In this document: positions 1 to 9,686 of the stretch, piece by piece
How positions within the stretch are numbered: the first letter of the stretch is position 1
Layout of the letters: the number at the start of each line of letters is the position of its first letter
Origin: Thermoproteus tenax Kra 1
GTDB taxonomy: Archaea > Thermoproteota > Thermoprotei > Thermoproteales > Thermoproteaceae
DNA: 32,000 bases
Direction of reading: 5' to 3'
Assembly (NCBI RefSeq): GCF_000253055.1
Contig: NC_016070.1
Coordinates: 1,410,001-1,442,000, forward strand
Notes under the pieces: model-generated
Database searches by the model: none
The model's input: the letters and a program-made list of their open reading frames with translations, nothing else
Told to the model about the DNA's origin: nothing
Program-made: the position numbers and the translations under genes

Positions 1-21
1 GAGAGTGCGATTGTCGGGAGT

Positions 22-69
22 CAACTTTCTATCATTTCGGATATCTGATGATAGGGGCGCCGAAAGTTG
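22..69. repeat. Interrupted inverted repeat / potential hairpin: CAACTTTC (22-29) with GAAAGTTG (62-69), inner TATCAT (30-35) with ATGATA (48-53)
   Basis: Complementary arms read directly from the sequence, in the region upstream of the first gene. Confidence 0.55.
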
Positions 70-218
70 GATGAGGCGTTTTATGTTGATATAAATCGTT
101 TATCCCTCTAATTAAGTCATGGACCCAGAGGCTATATATATCCTCGACACTCTTGACGACATAAGTCAAGAGGAAATGTGCAATGGCGTCTCAGCTACGG
201 CAAGGCCCGCCGCTAGCC

Positions 219-779
219 ATGCAGATCTTTAGGCCGTATATAGACTGGAGCAGAAGCGCCGGCGTATTGGACGACAAAAGGCTAGGAAAGCAGAGAGTGG
301 AGGCTAAACAAGTCATACTGGCTATATTGAGGAGGCTGGGGGTATTGCAGGACGGAAGGAGGGGATGGCTGAATCACCCAATCGTTCTGTTGTATTACAA
401 TAGAGGCATACCATACATAGAAGACTTAATAGGCTTCTTCCACGCAACCGTTGAGGAGTGGGTTCGTAGAGGACACCAGAACAACATCTCTCTCGATGAT
501 ATAGAGTCCTTGCTCTCTAGAGTCCCTAGGGCCAAGGGCACGCCTATCACTCACGTCCACGAGGTAGAGTATAGAAGAGTGCTTCTGCTCAAGGATCCCT
601 GCCATTACTTAAGGAAGTTCAGCAAAGAGGAGGTAGAGGAGGTGGTCGAGAGCGAGCCGGTCCCCCTCAAGGGGATAAACACTTGGATATTCGACGTCTA
701 CGAACAATATGGGGAGTTCGTGCGGAGGCTCAAGTCGGGCGACATCGATTGTAGACCTATTTTCCCAAGGAGGATTTAA
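219..779 (+). CDS. Pyrimidine dimer DNA glycosylase (T4 endonuclease V-like, PF03013 type)
   Basis: MQIFRPYIDWSRSAGVLDDKRLGKQRVEAKQV motif; the real start is probably the internal ATG at 219. Confidence 0.85.
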   Translation: MQIFRPYIDWSRSAGVLDDKRLGKQRVEAKQVILAILRRLGVLQDGRRGWLNHPIVLLYYNRGIPYIEDLIGFFHATVEEWVRRGHQNNISLDDIESLLSRVPRAKGTPITHVHEVEYRRVLLLKDPCHYLRKFSKEEVEEVVESEPVPLKGINTWIFDVYEQYGEFVRRLKSGDIDCRPIFPRRI

Positions 780-1273
780 CGGCGCAGACGTAACCTTAAG
801 AAGCATTTGTCGCAGAAGCCCGGCCCCTTCAAGTCTGTATCATGAACCGTGTTGCTGAAGTACATAACGCACCGCGGATCCCCGCAGTGGCCTAAGCCGA
901 ACGTGTGGCCTAGCTCATGGATTATCTCTTTGGCGATCCTCTCGTAGAACAGCTCTCGCTCAGCCGCAAGTCTCTCTGTGAAGACTACGGCTATATTGCC
1001 TTGAGCTACACCAAAGACGAAGTTAAGACCAGGGACGTATCCGTCGCCTACAACAACATAGACTGCTCTGTCGCGCCCTCTGGGTCTCGGCAACAGAGAC
1101 AGCGCCTTGTCGGCCCTAATCTGTCCCCTTCGTGCATCAAACGACCGTGCCTTGACCTCGGACAGATCCGCCTTCTTCAGCTCGACGCCGACGAGACCTC
1201 TAAAGGCCGAGGACACTGTGTCAATGACGTAGTTGGGCAGGTCGAGCTCCGCGACTATGAGGACAGAAGCCAT
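776..1273 (-). CDS. amzA: Archaemetzincin-family zinc metalloprotease
   Basis: HELGHTFGLGHCGDPRCVMYFSNTVHDTDLKGPGFCDKC: HExxHxxGxxH followed by CxxC; start MASVLIVAEL chosen by homologous length. Confidence 0.9.
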   Translation of the reverse strand: MASVLIVAELDLPNYVIDTVSSAFRGLVGVELKKADLSEVKARSFDARRGQIRADKALSLLPRPRGRDRAVYVVVGDGYVPGLNFVFGVAQGNIAVVFTERLAAERELFYERIAKEIIHELGHTFGLGHCGDPRCVMYFSNTVHDTDLKGPGFCDKCFLRLRLRR

Positions 1274-1298
1274 ATCTATTTGTTCTTGAGAACTTTTT

Positions 1299-1994
1299 AT
1301 GAACAAAGTTATTGAGGCGCTGAGGCGAGGCGCCGTGATAGGCCACAGAGGCTATCCTCTGAGACGGCGGGAGAACACTCTGGCCTCATTCGCCGCAGCT
1401 ATCGAGGCAGGCGCCGATATTGTCGAGATGGACGTCCGGTCCACAAAGGATGGAGTAGTCGTGGTCTCCCACGACGACAAGATAGCTGTGGCGGGCGGGT
1501 ACGTCGACATTAGGGAGTCGAGGTGGCTCGACATATCTACAATTAAAGTGGGCGGTGAGCCCATCCCCCGCCTCGAGGATGCGCTCTCGTTAATAGACGG
1601 AAAAGTCGGCGTGTTTATCGAAATAAAGGATCCTGCGGACGCCCCGCTGGTCGCCGAATTAGTGAAGGGTATGTCCGCTGAGAATTGGGTTGCCGTGATA
1701 AGTTTTCACGAAGAGGCGCTGATGAAAACTAGAGGACTCGCGCCATTGGGTCTCATTTACGCCCGTCCGCCCGGCAAGATAGAGACGGCTAGACGGCTCA
1801 GTTGTGACATAGTCCTGCCCAACTTCCGGTTGGCCACGGCGAAGGCCATAGCCTTTGCCCATAGACTCGGCTTGTTGGTGGCCGCTTGGACGGTCAACGA
1901 CTACGATGTTATGAGAATGCTCTGGGCCAGAGGAGTTGACGGAATCGCCAGCGATGACGTAGAGTTGGCCGTTAAATCAAGAAAAAGTATTTAG
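1299..1994 (+). CDS. ugpQ: Glycerophosphodiester phosphodiesterase
   Basis: GHRGYPLRRRENTLASFAAAIEAGADIVEMDVRSTKDGVVVVSHD. Confidence 0.92.
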   Translation: MNKVIEALRRGAVIGHRGYPLRRRENTLASFAAAIEAGADIVEMDVRSTKDGVVVVSHDDKIAVAGGYVDIRESRWLDISTIKVGGEPIPRLEDALSLIDGKVGVFIEIKDPADAPLVAELVKGMSAENWVAVISFHEEALMKTRGLAPLGLIYARPPGKIETARRLSCDIVLPNFRLATAKAIAFAHRLGLLVAAWTVNDYDVMRMLWARGVDGIASDDVELAVKSRKSI

Positions 1995-2431
1995 TTATTC
2001 TTTAAAAACTTTAATAATGATATACTATCAGAATAACATTTTGCCATATTAAGGATATCTTCATAACGTTTGAGTGCATCCTCTAATTCCAATACCAAAT
2101 CGGCGTCGCCAGGCGGATCTGGCCCTATATGCACTTTGAAGCCCAACTTGCTATCTCTAAAGCCTTCTACTATCACTATATCGAAGTCCAACCTATCTAG
2201 AACTAAATATCTAGAGAAGGATGCCCACATGCCTCCGCCTCTGAGCAAGACCAGATCTGCGCCGGCCGACTGCATTCTATAGCTGTCCTTCTCGGGCAAG
2301 TCAGGTGAGTGGTGGCTCTGTTTTATCGCTAGAACTCTGAGGTTGCGCGACTTAGCCAACGAGATTAACTTCTCAGCTAATACCGTCTTACCTACGTCCT
2401 TCCTCCCGGTTATTTGAATTACACAGACCAC
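1991..2431 (-). CDS. mobB: Molybdopterin-guanine dinucleotide biosynthesis protein B
   Basis: N-terminal GRKDVGKT P-loop, IKQSHHSPDLPEKDSYR, VEGFRDS. Confidence 0.9.
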   Translation of the reverse strand: MVCVIQITGRKDVGKTVLAEKLISLAKSRNLRVLAIKQSHHSPDLPEKDSYRMQSAGADLVLLRGGGMWASFSRYLVLDRLDFDIVIVEGFRDSKLGFKVHIGPDPPGDADLVLELEDALKRYEDILNMAKCYSDSISLLKFLKNN

Positions 2432-2443
2432 ACTGTCAAGGGG

Positions 2444-3676
2444 TCACGGGAACCATCTGCCTATATCTCTCAGATCTCTATAGAGCAACATAAGCACTCT
2501 ATCGCCCCTCTTGGCTCCGCCTGGAGGCACCAGAAGGACTCCTGAGGACTCGGGATCGGTGAACGTATGATGTTTGACCTTTAGGGGCGTGGCTAGGATC
2601 TCGCCGTCTCTGAACTCGACCTTCGCTCTTATAAACTGGGCGAACTCGCCCACTACGTCAGAGGTGAGCGTGGCATATACCCAAGAGCTGGCGGGCCCTC
2701 CCACTACGTTGGCCATCTTGCGCATGACTGGCTCAACTATTCTTATCACGCCGTGGAGAGCGCTGATGGGATATCCCGAGAGGCCGAATATGGGCTTGCC
2801 GTTAACCACGGCAATGGAGGTGGGGCGGCCCGGCTTCATTCGGAATCCTCTCAAGCCAGTTATGCCCAACTTGTAGAAGTGGTCTATCTCGCTGGGGCCC
2901 GCGCCGCCAGTTATTATCACCGCATCCACTTGCGGCAACGTCTCCTCTATGTTCTTCCTTAAGACCTCAGTGTCGTCGCCTAATACCCTCCTCTGCGCCA
3001 ACTCCACATACGGCATAAAAGCTCTGATGTACCACTCGACAAGAGACCCAGTGGACTCTATAACCTTACCCCTTAATACAAGCTCGGCGGCTTCATCAGG
3101 ATCTATGGGCGGCGTGATGAGCTCATCCCCCGTAGAGAAGATGGCGATTTTGGGTCTCCTAAATACCTTAACTCTTGTTATGCCCACGTCGAGTAGACCT
3201 ACGACGTCAAACACCGATATCACGTAGCCCCTCCTCAACAGTGTGTCGCCCTTCTTTGCGTAGGAGCCAGGTGGATCCACATTATCGTATGGATTGTACT
3301 TCCTCTCTACCACAACTCTGTCCCCCTCCCTTTTGACGGCCTCCTCGGGCACTACGGCGTCTGCACCTTCGGGCAGAAACGCTCCCACTGTCACATAGAA
3401 AGTCTCTCCGTTATTGACCCTCACGTCTCTGTACTGTCCAACTAGTATCGAGCCAACTACTCTGAATACGCCCGGCGTCTCTGAAGAATTGACCGCGTAA
3501 CCGTCGTAAGCCGCCCTAGGCCTAGGAGGATAGTCGTGTGGCATTATCACGTCTCTGGCGGCAACGAATCCCACCGACTCCCACGTAGGGAGCGAATAGG
3601 TCTCCTCAATAGGCCTTATCTGGGCCAATATATCGGTTATTTTAGACAGAGGCGATAGCCTCTCTAAATAACGCAT
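2444..3676 (-). CDS. moeA: Molybdopterin molybdenumtransferase
   Basis: PRPRAAYDGYAV, ITGGAGPSEIDHF, KPGRPTSIAVVNGKPIFGLSGYPISAL. Confidence 0.93.
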   Translation of the reverse strand: MRYLERLSPLSKITDILAQIRPIEETYSLPTWESVGFVAARDVIMPHDYPPRPRAAYDGYAVNSSETPGVFRVVGSILVGQYRDVRVNNGETFYVTVGAFLPEGADAVVPEEAVKREGDRVVVERKYNPYDNVDPPGSYAKKGDTLLRRGYVISVFDVVGLLDVGITRVKVFRRPKIAIFSTGDELITPPIDPDEAAELVLRGKVIESTGSLVEWYIRAFMPYVELAQRRVLGDDTEVLRKNIEETLPQVDAVIITGGAGPSEIDHFYKLGITGLRGFRMKPGRPTSIAVVNGKPIFGLSGYPISALHGVIRIVEPVMRKMANVVGGPASSWVYATLTSDVVGEFAQFIRAKVEFRDGEILATPLKVKHHTFTDPESSGVLLVPPGGAKRGDRVLMLLYRDLRDIGRWFP

Positions 3677-3705
3677 ACATTCCAGCCGTTTAGTTGTTAA
3701 AATAT

Positions 3706-4413
3706 TTATACGCGTCTGGCTATGACCATTGCGTGCGCCACGTCGTAGGGCTCTAAATGCACTATGTCCAATACGTCGAAGCCGCGCTCCTTCAAGGCGT
3801 TTATCTCTTGCTTAAAGGTTTCTGAGGGCTCTCTAGTTACATCTATGCTCATGGCCTTTATTACCAACATGACGTGGCCCCCCTTCCTCAAGAAATAGTC
3901 GGCGTTGTCGGCCAGTATCTTAGCTTGAGCAGGTTGCGCTATATCGATGTACGCTATATCAACCCCCTTTATATACTGGGCGTATTGGTAGGGAAATCGC
4001 GCATCGCCGAGTATGGGCACTACGTTCCTCCTCCCTTGATCCACCAACTTCTCCATGAACTCTCGGAAGACTCTTGGAGAGAATTCCACTGAGTATATCA
4101 AGCCTTTATCGCCCACTATATCGCTGACGTGGCTCGGCGTTGTGCCCGACGCAGCACCCAGATAGAGCACGTGGCTTCCCTCGCCTATAGGCATTACCTT
4201 GAGCCCGTTGAGAATAGCGGCGGCTAGCTTCGACCTATAGGGGTTCCACTCCCTATATTCAACGTCTTGCCATTTAACTAATCTTTCGCCGTAGACCCTT
4301 TTGCCTGGAGTGAGGTTCCTTGTGGCCAACCTCTCTGTGCCGTCCTCGAACTTTATCACGTAGACTCCAACGAATTTGTCGTGAGGTCTCACCTCGACAA
4401 CCGAAATCGACAT
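3706..4413 (-). CDS. flpA: Fibrillarin-like rRNA/tRNA 2'-O-methyltransferase
   Basis: [46 protein letters not shown]. Confidence 0.97.
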   Translation of the reverse strand: MSISVVEVRPHDKFVGVYVIKFEDGTERLATRNLTPGKRVYGERLVKWQDVEYREWNPYRSKLAAAILNGLKVMPIGEGSHVLYLGAASGTTPSHVSDIVGDKGLIYSVEFSPRVFREFMEKLVDQGRRNVVPILGDARFPYQYAQYIKGVDIAYIDIAQPAQAKILADNADYFLRKGGHVMLVIKAMSIDVTREPSETFKQEINALKERGFDVLDIVHLEPYDVAHAMVIARRV

Positions 4414-4435
4414 GCCCTAATATGACATCGTCTTT

Positions 4436-5689
4436 TTATTCTTTCTTGCTCGGCTTCTTAAGCGACGGCTTCTTAGGCGGCGGGCCCTGCCTCCTCTCAG
4501 GCTGTCTCTGCGCAGGTTTAGGTTGCGGCGCTCTGGGCGGAGGTTTGGCATAAAGCGTCTTGACTTCTTGTATGCGGGCCAATAGATCCTCCTTCAGTTT
4601 CGCCGCTATGAAGTTCCCAGTGAACGCATCTGCCTTAGCCGCTATGGCCAACTTAGCCGCCAACGCCCTCGCTATCTTGCCCCTCTGCCAACGCGGCGCT
4701 CTGAATATCTCAGGATACTGGAATATGACTCCATGCTTCGGCGGCTTGCCGCCCGTCCGCAGAGCTCTGAAGAGGGCCTTCTCAGCGCCCAGGACCTGTA
4801 TCGTTGATGCCGGGAGCATGGCTAACCTCATTAAGCCGCCGGCTAACTTTATCAGCCTGGCGCCCAACAGAGGACCCACTAACTCTCTCACGTTCGGAGC
4901 AACGTCCTTCATAGCCTCGTCGATATACTCAGACAGCTTGTTCCTATATTCATCTAATCTTAAGTATATATCAGCGTATGCCTTTATTTGGTCTAGGTCC
5001 CAGTCGGACATATCGGCGCCTATGCTCTTCTTTGCAGCCTCAACTATCCTCTTTATCCTCTCCTCGGGCGCGCCCTTAAGGACTGACGCCACAGACTCTA
5101 GGGTATACCTCGATCTATGGCCTATGTCTCTCACCAAGGCCACGTACTCCTTGTTATCTCTGACGAGTTCCTCCAACTCAGGGAAATGAATGCCGTACCA
5201 CTCCCTTATGCGTGACGCTATTAGGTTCAAGGTCTTGTCTATGTCGTCCACTGTGCTTATGGACTGTGCTATGAAGAGGTCGCGCTTCTCTACAGCTTGT
5301 CTCAGCTTCCTCCTAGTGATTATATCTGACACCTCCAAGAGGAGGCTCTGGTACTCCTCTTTAGATATGCCGAGCTTGGGTAAGTAATCTTCCCAGAACC
5401 TCCTTCTGAACTCTACCAGGATGGGATCCGGCGACTCGCTCGCGATCTCTACGTTCTGGATCGTGGAGGAGACTCTGCGCGCCAGCTCGGGATCCTCTAA
5501 CACTACCTTGCGGCCCTTGAGCCTCTCCAAAAGCTCCAGGAGCTCTTTTATCGGCGTTGACTTCTCGAGCTCTATTAGTCTGTCCGCTATCTCCTCAGGT
5601 TTCCTATCAAATAAGACTTTGTCGATCAAGTTCCCTTGATCGTCAAGAGCGAGTATGCCAACCACGTCCGTCGCGATGTGTATTGCCAT
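4436..5689 (-). CDS. Nop5/Nop56/58 C/D box sRNP core protein
   Basis: Nop domain region (GPLLGARLIKLAGGLMRLAMLPASTIQVLGAEKALFRAL) and lysine-rich C-terminus; start MAIHIATD fits a leaderless transcript from the TTTAAA at 5711-5716. Confidence 0.96.
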   Translation of the reverse strand: MAIHIATDVVGILALDDQGNLIDKVLFDRKPEEIADRLIELEKSTPIKELLELLERLKGRKVVLEDPELARRVSSTIQNVEIASESPDPILVEFRRRFWEDYLPKLGISKEEYQSLLLEVSDIITRRKLRQAVEKRDLFIAQSISTVDDIDKTLNLIASRIREWYGIHFPELEELVRDNKEYVALVRDIGHRSRYTLESVASVLKGAPEERIKRIVEAAKKSIGADMSDWDLDQIKAYADIYLRLDEYRNKLSEYIDEAMKDVAPNVRELVGPLLGARLIKLAGGLMRLAMLPASTIQVLGAEKALFRALRTGGKPPKHGVIFQYPEIFRAPRWQRGKIARALAAKLAIAAKADAFTGNFIAAKLKEDLLARIQEVKTLYAKPPPRAPQPKPAQRQPERRQGPPPKKPSLKKPSKKE

Positions 5690-5710
5690 CATCGTCAATT
5701 CTTCCACAAT

Positions 5711-5716
5711 TTTAAA
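5711..5716. promoter_or_regulatory. TATA-like TTTAAA about 25 nt upstream of the nop5 start; palindromic, so it could also drive rightward transcription
   Basis: Spacing from TTTAAA centre to the ATG at 5689. Confidence 0.5.
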
Positions 5717-5737
5717 CCTTTGCGGTCTCGGCGGTCG

Positions 5738-5880
5738 TCTAGCTCTTAGGCCTGCAAAATTCTAGGACACGAGCCGCTGTCCTGGCCCGGCAGAGCGCGC
5801 CCGATGGCCCGGACCCCGTTGCTCTGCGCGACTAGGGCGGACCCGGGCTTCTCCGGGTAGGGCCAACGGCGCGAGGGGCT
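5738..5880 (+). ncRNA. Candidate structured non-coding RNA (family and strand uncertain)
   Basis: GC-rich gap between nop5 and gatE with stems 5762-5769/5778-5785, GCAGAGC 5790-5796/GCTCTGC 5821-5827, ACCCGG 5841-5846/CCGGGT 5853-5858 and CCGTTG 5816-5821/CAACGG 5864-5869. Confidence 0.45.
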
Positions 5881-5882
5881 GG

Positions 5883-7715
5883 CTATTGCGTAAGCTCGTT
5901 AAGGGCCCTTTGTACGTCTGACACATCCACTCTGCCTCTGTAACGCCGCATCGCCTCTTTAACGACATTGTCGCGGCCTACCTCTTTAACCAACCTCTCA
6001 ACAATCTCTTTCACTTCAGCATAGCTCATTCTAATGAGCCCCAACCTCTTGGCTACATCAAATGCGCTCTCGTTCTCCTTCATATTCCTAAGTATCTCCT
6101 CGACGGCCTCCTTAGTTATAAGGCCTCTGTTTAACGCGTCGAGAACAGACTCGATCTTCTCAGGAACTATGTCGACGCCTTCTCTGCTCAGAGCCTTTGC
6201 CGTATTGAGCAGAAACGATGCTATCTGTATAGGCGGAACTTTCGAGTATTTCGCAACCCATTCATTGAAGTAGTCAAGCCAAGGAGATTTCACTATTCTG
6301 ACCGCCATATCCTTGTTTATGCCTAGAGCCATCATCCTCTCAATCTCGTCCTCCAACCTCCTGGAGGCTATCTCCTCAGCCCTTCTCAGGATCTCAAAGG
6401 TTATCTTCACCGGCGGAAGATCGGTCTCCGGATACATCCTCGCAGCGCCCGGCCTGGGCCTCATGAACTTAGTGGTTCCATCGGGATTGGCCGCCCTAGT
6501 TTCCTCAGGCACACCCTCAAAGGCTTGTCTCAACCTCCTCACGACGACATCTACAGCGTCTTCGACCTCCTTGGGCTCTGCGCCCGACAGAAGAATGAAT
6601 GACGACACGCCCAACTTCTGCTCAACCGCCCGGACCTCATCGGCGGATATGCCATACCCCGGCAGCTCGTCAGAGTGTATGAGTCCGCCTAACTCGGTCC
6701 ATGCTCTCACGTAGTCTGCAAGCTCTGTCCCGAACCTTCTGCCCGGTTGTACCTCTAGCCCTAATAGTTTTTGGAAGCCCGGCGCCTTTACTGCATATAC
6801 AACGCCCCCGGCCTCCAACGTCCTCCGCACTATCTTGGACGATGTGTTTCTGAAGATGTCAGTCACATCGACATAGCCGCCCTCAGGTTGAGGCGCTCCT
6901 CTGTTCCTCAGCTCGTCTTTTATCTTCAACAGGTTGAGCTGGCGTTCTACCTCGTACTCTATGACCTTGGGTATCAAGTCAAGGCGGGGAACCCCCTTTA
7001 TCTCCGTCTTGGCGCCGCCCGCTATCGACACATTGACGTCTTGACGGACTGTGCCTAAGCCTCTCTTTGCCTTACCCGTTACCTTCACGCTGTACCCTAT
7101 TATCCATGCGACCTCCTCTACTTGTTGAGGCTCGTATGTCATAGGCGATGTAGAGATCTCGATGAGGGGAATGCCCAGTCTGTCCAGGCGGTAGTACACA
7201 GTCTTACCTTCCTCCTTTATCTTCCTTGCGGCGTCCTCCTCCAATGCTATAGTGTCCACGCCTATTGTATATCCCAAGATCTTCGTCAGCCCGTCGTGGG
7301 CTATCAACATAGTCCTCTGAAAACCAGACGTGTTGGAGCCGTCCACCACTATCTTCCTCATTACATATATCTCGTCAAAGAGCTTCGCGTTGAATATCTT
7401 AGCGGCAGCGACAGCGATTGTCAGAGCCTCCTCGTCGGGGAGATGGGGCGGCTCCTCGTCGAGCTCCACGAGGCATGTCGTGTCTCTATAGCCCTCATAG
7501 ACGAAGCTACGCCGCTTTTTCACCTCCCACACTGCCGCTGGATCGACCGAGCCCAACTCGCTCAACGCTACGTATAATCTACGGGCTACTCTGAAATGGG
7601 GCTCGTCCTCGCGGAGCACGGGCGGACACTCGCAGAAGAGCTTTCTCTTGGTGTTAAGCTGTATGTGAATCTCCAGGCCGGTCTTGAGCCCAAGCGATCT
7701 CGGAACCAGCTTCAC
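5883..7715 (-). CDS. gatE: Glutamyl-tRNA(Gln) amidotransferase subunit E
   Basis: GLEIHIQLNTKRKLFCECPP, VDGSNTSGFQRT, RLGIPLIEISTSP, long GAD-type insertion; 610 aa. Confidence 0.95.
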   Translation of the reverse strand: MKLVPRSLGLKTGLEIHIQLNTKRKLFCECPPVLREDEPHFRVARRLYVALSELGSVDPAAVWEVKKRRSFVYEGYRDTTCLVELDEEPPHLPDEEALTIAVAAAKIFNAKLFDEIYVMRKIVVDGSNTSGFQRTMLIAHDGLTKILGYTIGVDTIALEEDAARKIKEEGKTVYYRLDRLGIPLIEISTSPMTYEPQQVEEVAWIIGYSVKVTGKAKRGLGTVRQDVNVSIAGGAKTEIKGVPRLDLIPKVIEYEVERQLNLLKIKDELRNRGAPQPEGGYVDVTDIFRNTSSKIVRRTLEAGGVVYAVKAPGFQKLLGLEVQPGRRFGTELADYVRAWTELGGLIHSDELPGYGISADEVRAVEQKLGVSSFILLSGAEPKEVEDAVDVVVRRLRQAFEGVPEETRAANPDGTTKFMRPRPGAARMYPETDLPPVKITFEILRRAEEIASRRLEDEIERMMALGINKDMAVRIVKSPWLDYFNEWVAKYSKVPPIQIASFLLNTAKALSREGVDIVPEKIESVLDALNRGLITKEAVEEILRNMKENESAFDVAKRLGLIRMSYAEVKEIVERLVKEVGRDNVVKEAMRRYRGRVDVSDVQRALNELTQ

Positions 7716-7744
7716 GTAAGATTAAAGCTATCGGCCTTTAATTA

Positions 7745-8440
7745 ATGTGTATGCGGCGGAGGCGGCTTGGCCAACATTTCCTCAGAGACCCGGCCATAGC
7801 CGAGTATATCGCCGGCCTAGTGCCCCAGGGCTCCGTCGTGTTGGAGGTAGGGCCCGGCACAGGGACCTTGACCCTCGCACTAGCTAAAAGGGCCTCTAAA
7901 GTGATCGCTATAGAGATAGATAGAGCTTTGGCGGCCTACCTCTCAGCTAGAGTCCCCCCCAACGTTGAGGTCCTAATCGGCGATGCCCTAGCTATCGACT
8001 GGCCCAAGGCCGATTTCTTTGCATCGAATATACCTTACTCTATCTCGTCTCCTCTGTTGTTGAAACTCTCCTCAGTCCATCTACCTGCAGTTGTTATGCT
8101 ACAGCGCGAGGTTGCCGAGAGAATCTCGGCGCCGCCGGGCTCGGATGCCTACGGCAGATTGACTCTGGCGGTACGTTGTAATTACGATGTAGAGGTCTTA
8201 AGAGTGGTGCCGCCTTGGGTCTTCTCGCCGCCCCCTAGAGTCTACTCGGCGATAGTCAGACTGACTCCCCACACACCTTGCGTCGACGATTTTAAATCCT
8301 TTGAGAAGTTTACGTCTATGCTGTTCTCTCAAAGGAGGAAAATCGCCAGAAAAGTCTGCGATAAGGCGCCTAGGGGGAAAAGAGTGTATGAACTGTCCTT
8401 GGAGGAGGTGGTCGATTTGTTTAGACAATGCCGATATTGA
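7745..8440 (+). CDS. ksgA: 16S rRNA dimethyladenosine transferase
   Basis: RRRLGQHFLRD, VLEVGPGTGTLTLAL, SNIPYSISSPLL. Confidence 0.95.
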   Translation: MCMRRRRLGQHFLRDPAIAEYIAGLVPQGSVVLEVGPGTGTLTLALAKRASKVIAIEIDRALAAYLSARVPPNVEVLIGDALAIDWPKADFFASNIPYSISSPLLLKLSSVHLPAVVMLQREVAERISAPPGSDAYGRLTLAVRCNYDVEVLRVVPPWVFSPPPRVYSAIVRLTPHTPCVDDFKSFEKFTSMLFSQRRKIARKVCDKAPRGKRVYELSLEEVVDLFRQCRY

Positions 8441-9279
8441 AACTGCTCTTTCTAGGCACCGGCGGAGCTGTGCCGAGGATCGACAGAAGGATGCCCGCTG
8501 TATATCTCGAGGATTGGGAGGGGCACAGAATTCTCCTAGACGCAGGTGAGGGCGCTCAGTACTCGCTACTCGAGAACGGCATATCTCCGGCGTCGTTGGA
8601 CTTTGTCGCTGTGACCCACGAGCATGAAGACCACATACTGGGGCTCCCTGGGCTTTTAAGCACGGCTAAGATGATGGGAAAAGAGATAACAGTATTGGCT
8701 CCCCGGCGCCTCTCTTCGTATTTGTCCAAGTCGGGCGTCCGCGTAGCCTCGGAGATAGCCGACAGACGTCTCAAGATCTCATGTATCGAGATGTGCCACA
8801 CCACTGAGACGTGCGGCTGGCTGTTGGAATGGGACGTCGGCTTTAAACTAGACTTATCTAAAGTGACCGGGTTCCCCAAACAAGCTTTGACCAAGCTGAT
8901 AAAAGGTGAACCCGTCGAAGTGAATGGAAGACTCATATTGCCCGAAGAGGTCGCAGATCCAGGCCACAGAAGGTTCAGAAGGTTGCTCTACACAGGCGAT
9001 ACAGCCCCTTGCCCGAGGGCGTGGAGCTCAGTGGGCTGGGTAGATGTATTGATACATGAGGCGACGTTCGCCGACGATGTAGAGCCCGCGAGGGCCCACG
9101 AGGAAGGACACTCGACGGTAAACGATGCCGTAGAGGCCGCACGCGCACTCAATGCATCTATACTTATCTTGACTCACATAAGCGCCAGATACGACGACCT
9201 AGAGAAACATAGGAGGGCCGCCAGCTATAACTTCGTGGTGATACCCGAGGATGGAGATTGGGTCTTCGTGAGGTTCTGA
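8428..9279 (+). CDS. rnz: Beta-lactamase-fold hydrolase, RNase Z-like
   Basis: LGTGGAVPRIDR, VTHEHEDHILGLPGLL, YTGDTAP, HEATF, LTHISAR. Confidence 0.85.
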   Translation: MPILKLLFLGTGGAVPRIDRRMPAVYLEDWEGHRILLDAGEGAQYSLLENGISPASLDFVAVTHEHEDHILGLPGLLSTAKMMGKEITVLAPRRLSSYLSKSGVRVASEIADRRLKISCIEMCHTTETCGWLLEWDVGFKLDLSKVTGFPKQALTKLIKGEPVEVNGRLILPEEVADPGHRRFRRLLYTGDTAPCPRAWSSVGWVDVLIHEATFADDVEPARAHEEGHSTVNDAVEAARALNASILILTHISARYDDLEKHRRAASYNFVVIPEDGDWVFVRF

Positions 9280-9686
9280 CAGCTGCGACGAGAACAGATC
9301 AGCCATTCGCCGAGTCGCTCAGCAACGATAATATCGGCATACTGGGCGAGGCGTAACGCCTCTCTCAAGTCGTCAAATAGCGTTATGGCCAACGCCGTAT
9401 GGAATGAGGCAGGCCGCAGCGGCGGCAACGTAACGTCTGCGACCAGGTAATCTGCGTTAGGGCCTCGCTCAAGCGCCCTCTTCAACATGCCTAGCGATAT
9501 ATCCAAACATAAAACATAGCGTGGGTAGAGCGCGGATATCCCCAACCCGGTGCCACATCCCGCGTCTAGAACCCTGTCGCCTCTCACATAGGCCAACGAT
9601 TTCAAGTATTTCACTATCTGCTCACCGCCGTAGAGGTCGTCGTAGACCTCGGAGAGGTTGTCGTAATACTCTATCAGATCTCTCAC
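9225..9686 (-). CDS. SAM-dependent class I methyltransferase
   Basis: [41 protein letters not shown]; overlaps the rnz 3' end convergently by 55 bp. Confidence 0.75.
   Translation of the reverse strand: MRDLIEYYDNLSEVYDDLYGGEQIVKYLKSLAYVRGDRVLDAGCGTGLGISALYPRYVLCLDISLGMLKRALERGPNADYLVADVTLPPLRPASFHTALAITLFDDLREALRLAQYADIIVAERLGEWLICSRRSCQNLTKTQSPSSGITTKL

Noticed and set aside
40-75. CTGATGAT and GGATGAG near the window start as a C/D box sRNA
   Set aside because: No CTGA D box at suitable distance after either C-like box.
5738-5880. RNase P RNA or SRP RNA assignment for the structured gap
   Set aside because: I could not find the conserved P4 (CR-I/CR-V) or SRP helix 8 sequence motifs, so only a generic structured-RNA call is supported. 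A covariance search is still needed.
5762-5968. 68-aa ORF spanning the nop5-gatE gap
   Set aside because: Overlaps the gatE 3' end, has Gly/Pro/Arg-rich unnatural composition, and RNA-like hairpins explain the region better.
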